Virus record (IMG/VR): IMGVR_UViG_3300029305_010146
Strand: one strand, 5' to 3'
DNA: 48,231 bases
Source of the DNA: an uncultured virus (IMG/VR IMGVR_UViG_3300029305_010146)
Lineage: Duplodnaviria > Heunggongvirae > Uroviricota > Caudoviricetes
Position 1 is the first letter of the stretch; each line of letters begins with the position of its first letter. The translations under genes were made by a program, and so were the position numbers. The notes below the pieces were generated by a model that was given only the letters and a program-made list of their open reading frames with translations, was not told the origin of the DNA and did no database searches. Shown here in pieces: positions 25,795-33,104 of this stretch.

Positions 25795-28700
25795 ATGTTG
25801 GATTTAGCAAGAATTTTAAGCAAATCAAAGCCTGGTTATGACGACGATTTAAAAATCCTCCGCAACTGGGCAGAATATTCAGATGACCGTGCAAACATGA
25901 ATTATCTGATGTACGAACTTGAGATGGAAGATGCTTCTGGAAAAGTAACTCATTTCTATAAGGCGATTAAACTCTTACGTATCATCAGATTGCCTAAATC
26001 TGCAAAACAGTCAAAATCCTTTATGGATATGCATGCGCAGGTTCTTGCAGCAATCTGGGAAAGAAATATTAAATTTATCACTGTTATAGCAAACATGCTT
26101 AATCCTGTTCCACTTGGACTTATGTATCTTTACGGTGTTCAAGGTGTTGCTGAAACAGAAGAGCAGGCAAAATTCATCGCTGATAACGATTACATTGCTC
26201 TTACAGCAGTCCTTCAAGGAACATACAGAGTTCTTGAATACAAGGTCATTTCTTACCAAGAATTAGAATGGTTAAGAGAAAAAATGTTTTCTATGAGAAA
26301 CATGACTGTTGTTAGAGGTATTCCAAAAGCAAAAGCTGGCGGTGTTGACGGTGGCGACAAAGGCATGGGTGCTGCTAACGTTAACCCTGAAAGTCAGGAC
26401 ACTACCGAAGAATTTATCGCAGGTATGAGTGATAAGGAATATGTTGTTCAAATTCTTTCGACCCCAGTTAAAGCAGAACATCTTGAAAGATGGCTTGCTC
26501 AAACTGCACAAGAGATGACAAGATGGAACAAACAACTTCAGGGAACAACTTCGTTCAATGCTGGTATTTCTTTACCTATGATGTATATGGCTAACCTCGG
26601 TGCATCCGAAGGCTGGAGTCACTCTTACACAGAAAGTGAATCTCTATCTACATCTGCAACTGATAGTGTTTCCACATCTTTCTCCACGTCGGTTGGTGAA
26701 AGTATTAGCCAATCTTTCGGCGAAAGTGTTGGTCATAGTTTTGGCGAATCTTTTTCCGAATCCACTGGCGAATCTTATAACACGTCTATCGGTACTTCTG
26801 AAGGAACAAGTTGGGGCGAAAGTATTGGTACAAGTCAAGGAACTTCACAGAATTTCTCTGAAAATGCTTCTTTTGGCAATTCTTATACAGAGTCCACAAA
26901 CGAATCAACAAGTCATACGGACTCCACAAACTCTTCGCTTTCAGAAGGAACGAGCACAAATACAAGTACTTCCCATTCAGAATCAACTTCTGTGTCTGAT
27001 GGAACAGGTACATCACAATCTACATCCAATACAACCACTAATAGTTCTTCACAAGGTTGGAGTTCGACAACTGGCGGTTCCACATCGCAATCGCATTCGA
27101 CAACCGAAACTGATACGACTGGCACTAACTCTTCTACAAGTCATGGCACAAGCGATACTCGTGGCACAACCCATACCACAAGTAGCTCTTCGACCGTTAC
27201 TGATACAACAGGCGGTAGTTCGAGTACTTCTGAAACAGATGGTTGGTCTAGAACACGTGGTAGCAGTAGTAATGAGGGTGTTTCGATTATTTACTCCAAT
27301 AGTGGAGGTAGCAACAGTGGTTCTACCGAAAGTGGTTCGACAACAACAACAGAAGGTACAAGTTGGAGTACCAGTAATGCTTCCACAAGAGGTACTTCTG
27401 ATGCAACAAGCAACAGTCATACAACAAGTAATACCACCACAACTGGTACATCTCAAAGTCATAGTACTGGTGTAAGTAACGGTACAACCAACACACAAAG
27501 TTGGAGTAACGGAACAAGTGGTTCTACAAGTGTAAGTCATAGCACAGGAACAACGGTTGGCACTAGCACAAACCACACTGAAACACGCGGTTATTCTGAT
27601 ACCGTATCTCAAGGTTATGGTACTTCTACCACAGTAAGCAATGGTGTTGGGGCAAGTGACTCTACATCGCAAGGCAGCGGTGAAAGTTGGGGACAAACAT
27701 CCTCTTATAGTCAAGGAACATCTGTTGGTATGAACCAAAATGCTTCGCACTCTGCTAATGTTGGCGGTAATTCTGGTGTTAGCACAAGTGATAGTTGGGG
27801 ACTTTCAAGCAGTCGTTCTTATGGTCAAACATCAACTGACTCTTATACTCAAAGCGCTACTTCAAGTGCTGGCAGAAACTATTCCGAAAGTAACGGTGTT
27901 GGTCAATCACAAAGTTGGGGAACAAGCAATGGTCAATCCATTGGCCAGTCCCTTGGTACAACTGGTGCTATTTCTTCTGGTACAAGTTCCAGCATGGGTC
28001 TCGGTCCATCCATTAGTTATGGTAAGTCCTATCAGTGGTTAGACCAAGAAGTTAAGAATATCTTAACTTTATTAGAATTCCAAAACCTCCGTCTTATGAA
28101 AGCACTCATGGGTAATGGTGCATTCTTTACGGATGTATATATTGCTACTCCTAACAAGGAAACACAAGCGGCTGCATCTATTCTCGCAAAATCCGCTTGG
28201 CAAAACGAAGAGGCCATGATTTGTCCATTACAAGTTTTAGACCTCAAGAAGGAAGAACAAGAGCATTTACTCTATCACTTCTCTGCATTTAGTGCAGATA
28301 ATACAAAAGAGGGCATCCCAGGCAGAATGGAATCCTACAGATATTCCACAATTTTGTTACCTGGCGAATTCACAGCATTTACACACATGCCTCGTATTTC
28401 TGAAGGTGGCGTCTTTGCTGATGTCAACGATATGCCTAAATTTGCAGTTCCATCTATGAAGAAGGGTGATATCTATATGGGTAAAATCCTCTCTGGTGAA
28501 AGATGGACACCTAACGATGGTTATGAAACTAAATTTGACTATCGTCTCGATGAAGGCGAATTGATGCACGGTATCTTCACTGGTGAGTCCCGCTCTGGTA
28601 AGACCGTTGCTGCAACTCGTTTCGTAGCAGAACTCACAAAGGTTAGAAGAAAGAAAACTGGTAAGAGATTGAGAATCGTTGCTCTTGACCCAAAACAAGA

Positions 28701-29808
28701 CTGGCGTATTCTTGGCAAATTCGTCGAACCAGAGAGATTCCACTTCTATTCTCTTGGCAACCCAGAGTTCTTGCCAATTAACCTTAATATTTGTAAAGTT
28801 CCTCACAATGTTAACCCACAGACTTGGGTTGACGGCATTATTGAAATCTATTGTCGTTCCTATGGTCTTCTTGAACGTGGTAAAGCAATTCTTGCTGAAA
28901 CATTCTATTCGCTCTATAGTGAAGCAGGTGTTTTCGAAGACTCGCCTAACTGGAGAGACTTCGTTCCAGAACGTTCGAGTAAAGTTACAATGTGCAAGAT
29001 TTACGAAAGAATGATGAAGATTAAAGTTGACCTCGAAGACCCAACCGTTTCTGGCAAAGGTCGTATGGGTAATGAAGCACGCGATGCTTATACTCGTGTT
29101 CTTGACCGTATGCAGGTATTTGGTCGTAAGTTCTCCATCGAGTCTCGTCTCTTTGGTCAAGAAGACGGCATTGCCGTTGACGAACTTATCGGTGGCGACG
29201 ACATCATCGTTCTCGAATCCTATGGTCTTGAAACAACCTTTAAGAACTTTATCTTCGGTTGTGTAACAAGTGGTTTCTTCAAATATGCACAAGGCCACGA
29301 AGGTGGTTTCCTTGCTGCCGACCAGTACGAAACTGTCTTGATTATCGAGGAAGCAAACGAAGTTCTTACTGGTTCTGATACCGCTGGTTCTGGTGGTGGC
29401 AATATGCCATCTCTCGGTGGTCAGTCCGAGTTCGAAAAGATTCTCGACCAGTCTGCTGGTCTTGGTCTATTTATCATCGCTATCACACAGAAGATTGCCG
29501 ATATGCCAAGTTCCTGTGTTGCTAACTCTGGTCTTATCTTCGCTGGTAAGATTTCGAGAGCAGACGACGTTACATTGGTTATCCGTAAAATCGGTCGTGA
29601 AGAGAGATACGATGACCGTGACATCTTAAAATGGTTTCCTCGTTCTCCAATTGGTTGGTTCGTATGTCGTTCTTCCAGAAACTTCGACTTCAAAGATACA
29701 GAACCTGTATTGGTACACATCGACCCACTCGGTGTCAACCCACCTTCCAACAAAGAACTCGAAACTATCATTGCAGAAAGAAAAGCAATGGAACTCTTAT
29801 ACACATAA
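25795..29808 (+). CDS. HerA/VirB4/FtsK-superfamily pumping ATPase with a ~500-aa Ser/Thr/Gly-rich insert
   Basis: HGIFTGESRSGKT (Walker A), VALDPKQDW, LIIEEANEVL (Walker B), IIAITQKIAD, ANSG. No signal peptide or helical TM segment. Confidence 0.85.
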   Translation: MLDLARILSKSKPGYDDDLKILRNWAEYSDDRANMNYLMYELEMEDASGKVTHFYKAIKLLRIIRLPKSAKQSKSFMDMHAQVLAAIWERNIKFITVIANMLNPVPLGLMYLYGVQGVAETEEQAKFIADNDYIALTAVLQGTYRVLEYKVISYQELEWLREKMFSMRNMTVVRGIPKAKAGGVDGGDKGMGAANVNPESQDTTEEFIAGMSDKEYVVQILSTPVKAEHLERWLAQTAQEMTRWNKQLQGTTSFNAGISLPMMYMANLGASEGWSHSYTESESLSTSATDSVSTSFSTSVGESISQSFGESVGHSFGESFSESTGESYNTSIGTSEGTSWGESIGTSQGTSQNFSENASFGNSYTESTNESTSHTDSTNSSLSEGTSTNTSTSHSESTSVSDGTGTSQSTSNTTTNSSSQGWSSTTGGSTSQSHSTTETDTTGTNSSTSHGTSDTRGTTHTTSSSSTVTDTTGGSSSTSETDGWSRTRGSSSNEGVSIIYSNSGGSNSGSTESGSTTTTEGTSWSTSNASTRGTSDATSNSHTTSNTTTTGTSQSHSTGVSNGTTNTQSWSNGTSGSTSVSHSTGTTVGTSTNHTETRGYSDTVSQGYGTSTTVSNGVGASDSTSQGSGESWGQTSSYSQGTSVGMNQNASHSANVGGNSGVSTSDSWGLSSSRSYGQTSTDSYTQSATSSAGRNYSESNGVGQSQSWGTSNGQSIGQSLGTTGAISSGTSSSMGLGPSISYGKSYQWLDQEVKNILTLLEFQNLRLMKALMGNGAFFTDVYIATPNKETQAAASILAKSAWQNEEAMICPLQVLDLKKEEQEHLLYHFSAFSADNTKEGIPGRMESYRYSTILLPGEFTAFTHMPRISEGGVFADVNDMPKFAVPSMKKGDIYMGKILSGERWTPNDGYETKFDYRLDEGELMHGIFTGESRSGKTVAATRFVAELTKVRRKKTGKRLRIVALDPKQDWRILGKFVEPERFHFYSLGNPEFLPINLNICKVPHNVNPQTWVDGIIEIYCRSYGLLERGKAILAETFYSLYSEAGVFEDSPNWRDFVPERSSKVTMCKIYERMMKIKVDLEDPTVSGKGRMGNEARDAYTRVLDRMQVFGRKFSIESRLFGQEDGIAVDELIGGDDIIVLESYGLETTFKNFIFGCVTSGFFKYAQGHEGGFLAADQYETVLIIEEANEVLTGSDTAGSGGGNMPSLGGQSEFEKILDQSAGLGLFIIAITQKIADMPSSCVANSGLIFAGKISRADDVTLVIRKIGREERYDDRDILKWFPRSPIGWFVCRSSRNFDFKDTEPVLVHIDPLGVNPPSNKELETIIAERKAMELLYT
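26542..28035 (+). repeat. Period-2 low-complexity S/T/G/N-x coding repeat (aa ~250-747 of the ATPase)
   Basis: Small residues at odd positions and bulky residues at even positions over ~470 aa; no exact DNA tandem repeat seen. Confidence 0.85.
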
Positions 29809-29822
29809 AAACAAACTTTCAA

Positions 29823-29857
29823 AATGGTGCATCTTTTTTGATGCACCATTCTTTTTC
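29823..29857 (+). terminator. Rho-independent terminator
   Basis: AATGGTGCATC-TTTTTT-GATGCACCATT followed by a T run. Confidence 0.8.
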
Positions 29858-29860
29858 CTA

Positions 29861-29889
29861 TTGACAAAAACAAGAAAATATATTATACT
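29861..29889 (+). promoter_or_regulatory. sigma-A promoter (a second candidate lies at 29923-29951)
   Basis: TTGACA-17 nt-TATACT; downstream TTGACT-17 nt-TAGTAT. Confidence 0.7.
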
Positions 29890-29985
29890 TATTAAAAATA
29901 ACCATACTTTTTTATTTTTTGATTGACTTTTCAAAAAATATATATTAGTATTTAATAAGACAAATATTTAAGGGAGGCTTTTTAC

Positions 29986-31530
29986 ATGGCAAATGGAATT
30001 TATTTTATCGAACCAAATTCCAGCATCATTTCGGATTTTGAAAGTTATTTTTTAATTAATGATAATGTAAAATTTATTGGCGGCAGTCCTTCGTTCCAAC
30101 AAGCGATTAATGTAATCAAAACAACGCCAGATATCAGATATCTCGTAATTAATGAGCAAGCACTCGATGCAGATTGCTTGACCATACTCGCTCAATTAGG
30201 TGGAACAAGTGCTATCAAAATTGTCACTCTTGAGAGCAATAATGAAGTTCTTAAGAATAGACTTTCCCAAATGGGCGTTATTACGATTAATAAACCTTAC
30301 ACTTATTCCGATTTGGAAACTATTTTTAATGGAGGTATGAATATGAATACCTTCAACGAAACAAATAATTTTGTAGGAAATCCAAACGACAACCCTTTTA
30401 TGGCAAATCGTCCAGGTACTACACCTGTTGCGAGTCCAAGTGCTCGCCCAGATATTCAGGAGCGCTTACGCAACATTCGTAGAAAGCCACCTGAAAATAA
30501 AAATAAAATTATCAAGCAAAAAGTAGTTGCTATCCACAACCAAAAAGGTGGTGTTGGTAAATCTACCGTTGCCAAGGAATTAGCAACCGCACTTCGTTGC
30601 ATGAAGATTCAAGCAAATGGCGAAGAATACAAACCAAAGGTTTGTTTATGCGATTTCGATTTAGACTCTTCCGATATCGTATCTCTCCTCAATCTTCCTA
30701 CATTCCCCAATATTTCCCTTTGGGTTGATGACATGGAAGAAGAAGCACGCCGTACTGGACAGTCTATTGAAAATGTTCGTTTTACCGAAAGAGACATCAA
30801 AGACAACTATTTGCTCAAGGATGTAAATGGTAGTGGTATCTTCGTTCTTGCTGCACCAGAAGATAAAACGGAAAGTACAAGAATTCACATGGAACACATT
30901 GAAGGCATCATTGAAAACTTAAAGCTTTGTGATTTCGATATTATTATCCTTGATACTGGTCCAAACATTTTTGACTATACCATTATGTCTTTAATGAAGT
31001 CCGATATTATTTTGGCAATTTCCACTTGCGAAGTTGCTTCTGCAAAACGTTTAGATGGTGTTATTGCTGATATTCTTTCTAGAATGCCAGAATACAATCC
31101 AGAAAAAGTTAAGCTCGTTATCAACAAGTACAACCCGAACACTAATATTTCTCCTCAAGAACTTATCGATGTACTTAATCTCGAACTTTATGGTGTCATT
31201 CCTAACTATCCAGAGATTTCCAACATGAATAACTCTGGTTATTCCGCTTTTTATAACAAAGCAAGAAACAAGGAAGAGAGCGGTGCATATATCGCAAGTA
31301 TAATTGAGATTGCGAAAAAAGTTTCAGGAATCGACAAACTTCAACAAAGAAATAACTCTGCTATGCAGGGAGGCCCACAGCAACAAGTCCCTGCTCAACA
31401 ACAGCAAATGCCCCCTCAACAGCAGCAGTTCAATCCTCAACAGCAGCAGTTTGTACCTCCTACACCACCCGCACAGCAGAAACCAAAGAAGAAAGGTTTC
31501 TTCTCAAATTTCTTCGGTGGTAAAAAATAA
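29986..31530 (+). CDS. CpaE/TadZ-like MinD/ParA ATPase with pseudo-receiver domain and C-terminal membrane-targeting helix
   Basis: Receiver-like N-terminus ending NKPY; deviant Walker A KGGVGKST; CDFD; IILDTGP; VINK; Gln/Pro linker; KKKGFFSNFFGGKK. Confidence 0.85.
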   Translation: MANGIYFIEPNSSIISDFESYFLINDNVKFIGGSPSFQQAINVIKTTPDIRYLVINEQALDADCLTILAQLGGTSAIKIVTLESNNEVLKNRLSQMGVITINKPYTYSDLETIFNGGMNMNTFNETNNFVGNPNDNPFMANRPGTTPVASPSARPDIQERLRNIRRKPPENKNKIIKQKVVAIHNQKGGVGKSTVAKELATALRCMKIQANGEEYKPKVCLCDFDLDSSDIVSLLNLPTFPNISLWVDDMEEEARRTGQSIENVRFTERDIKDNYLLKDVNGSGIFVLAAPEDKTESTRIHMEHIEGIIENLKLCDFDIIILDTGPNIFDYTIMSLMKSDIILAISTCEVASAKRLDGVIADILSRMPEYNPEKVKLVINKYNPNTNISPQELIDVLNLELYGVIPNYPEISNMNNSGYSAFYNKARNKEESGAYIASIIEIAKKVSGIDKLQQRNNSAMQGGPQQQVPAQQQQMPPQQQQFNPQQQQFVPPTPPAQQKPKKKGFFSNFFGGKK

Positions 31531-31550
31531 TTTGAAAGGAGAACTGCACG

Positions 31551-32993
31551 ATGGATTTACACGATAAAATCAAAAGAAGCAATAATTTGGAAAATTCTTC
31601 TTATGCTCCATTTAGACAAAATGGTGCAGATAGAGGCAATTACACCAAATCCTCATATAGACAGAGAAATCCGAATCGTCAAGCACCTCGTTCTGTGCAA
31701 TATCAACCAGAAGCAGAAGAAGTGTTTAATCCCAACATCCCATTTAATGATGTTCAGGAACAAGGTATGCCTGTCGTAAATAATTTTGAAGTAAATAATA
31801 TGGCAATGCCGTCCGTATCAATGCCATCTGCGCCAATGCAACAGCAACCAGCACAGCAGGAATTTAACGGAAATGATTTTTTCAATACTGTTCCTCATCA
31901 AGGAACTCCTAATTTTAACGACACTGTACCAGCAACGCCTGTGTTACCGAATTTTTCGACACCAGTAACACCAGTAATACCAACTGCAACTGTGCCTATC
32001 GCAGAGAGTGCACCTGCTGAAACACCTCTTAAAAACCCTGCTGACGATTACAGTAATTTTGCTATTCCCAATGTCAGCACAGAAAAGATTTTGCAAGAAG
32101 ATATGGATAAAGTAGAAAAAACATTCTACAATGCATTGGTCTCGCTTTTCGACAGATATGAAATCGATAAGGTACTAATTGTTGAAAATAAGATTTATAC
32201 AGTAAACTTCACTGGTGATGAAGATGCCGAAATCTTCGAAGAGGCACTTGATGAAGAATTATTAAGTAAATTTTCAAAGTATTTTGTCGCAGACGGGTAT
32301 TTTGAAGCATTACTTGTAAACGGTTGTAAACTGGAGATGACCTATAGACCAGTTTCCGAACTTCCAACAATTATTGTGTCAAAACCACATTCCGACTTTT
32401 TTGTAGATGAAGAATTTATTTCTATTCTTTTTGAATTTCTATCAAAAGGAAAGAATGTAGTTATGTTATCCAATTTCGCAATTGATACAATGTATAAGAT
32501 TATTTCCGATTTTTTCAATAACAATCTATGTATTACTATCAACGAACCAATAAAAACAGAAAACAATGTTGCTTTTAGAGAGAATCCTCTTAAACCCTCT
32601 CTTAAAACTGTTTACTCTATGTCTAAAAAAATTGAACCAGACAATACACTTGTGTATTCTCCAACAGATTTGTTATCAACCATTTCTTATATGAAGAAAA
32701 ACAATAGTGTTGTTTTGTTCTCCGAAACAGACACACCTTCCGATTTTATTAATGCTGATGTAATTCATGCATTGGGCGGACAAAGCGAATATAATCGCAT
32801 TAGTATTTTGAAAGCAGTAGATATAATTTTCACTGTTGTCCCTACTAAAAATGGCACAATCAAATATACCGCTACACAGTTGCTTTCGCCAACCAACAAA
32901 TCGCATGTTAATAAAATCAAAAAGATTATTGGAGATGCAGAGATTGATTTAAATAAAATTTACTTCAACAATGTTTTCGAAAAAGAAATCTAA
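31551..32993 (+). CDS. Degenerate CpaF/TadA (VirB11-family) pseudo-ATPase with disordered N-terminus
   Basis: FEALLVNGCKLEMTYRPVSELPTIIVSK, GKNVVMLS, SKKIEPDNTLV and KAVDIIFTV follow the CpaF motif order, but Walker A and Walker B residues are absent. Confidence 0.55.
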   Translation: MDLHDKIKRSNNLENSSYAPFRQNGADRGNYTKSSYRQRNPNRQAPRSVQYQPEAEEVFNPNIPFNDVQEQGMPVVNNFEVNNMAMPSVSMPSAPMQQQPAQQEFNGNDFFNTVPHQGTPNFNDTVPATPVLPNFSTPVTPVIPTATVPIAESAPAETPLKNPADDYSNFAIPNVSTEKILQEDMDKVEKTFYNALVSLFDRYEIDKVLIVENKIYTVNFTGDEDAEIFEEALDEELLSKFSKYFVADGYFEALLVNGCKLEMTYRPVSELPTIIVSKPHSDFFVDEEFISILFEFLSKGKNVVMLSNFAIDTMYKIISDFFNNNLCITINEPIKTENNVAFRENPLKPSLKTVYSMSKKIEPDNTLVYSPTDLLSTISYMKKNNSVVLFSETDTPSDFINADVIHALGGQSEYNRISILKAVDIIFTVVPTKNGTIKYTATQLLSPTNKSHVNKIKKIIGDAEIDLNKIYFNNVFEKEI

Positions 32994-32995
32994 TT

Positions 32996-33023
32996 AAAAC
33001 GGTCTCTTATGAGACCGTTTTTT
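32996..33023 (+). terminator. Rho-independent terminator
   Basis: AAAACGGTCTC-TTAT-GAGACCGTTTT. Confidence 0.85.
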
Positions 33024-33031
33024 CATTTCTA

Positions 33032-33060
33032 TTGACAAAGAGAAAAAAATATTGTATAAT
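33032..33060 (+). promoter_or_regulatory. Consensus sigma-A promoter of topB
   Basis: TTGACA-17 nt-TATAAT. Confidence 0.8.
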
Positions 33061-33104
33061 TTTAAAATAATGACAAATAATATTTCCGAAAGGATGGTTA
33101 TTTA

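Noticed and set aside
26600..27750. Long alternative-frame and antisense ORFs (26600-27475 +, 27049-27750 -) within the Ser-rich insert
   Set aside because: Stop-poor shadows of repetitive Ser/Thr/Gly codons; no RBS and no recognisable motifs.
28357..29298. 313-aa antisense ORF (similar cases at 38525-39400, 6559-7284 and 18612-19301)
   Set aside because: Antisense to well-supported genes with biased codon usage; no independent coding signals.
25795..29808. Interpretation as a serine-rich repeat (SRR) glycoprotein adhesin or ice-nucleation protein
   Set aside because: No signal peptide, LPxTG anchor, accessory Sec or glycosyltransferase genes, and no fixed 8/16-residue consensus. The insert lies inside a P-loop ATPase.
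29986..31530. Plasmid partition ParA
   Set aside because: The receiver-like N-terminus, MinD-type membrane helix and CpaF-like neighbour indicate CpaE/TadZ; no ParB or centromere repeats were seen.
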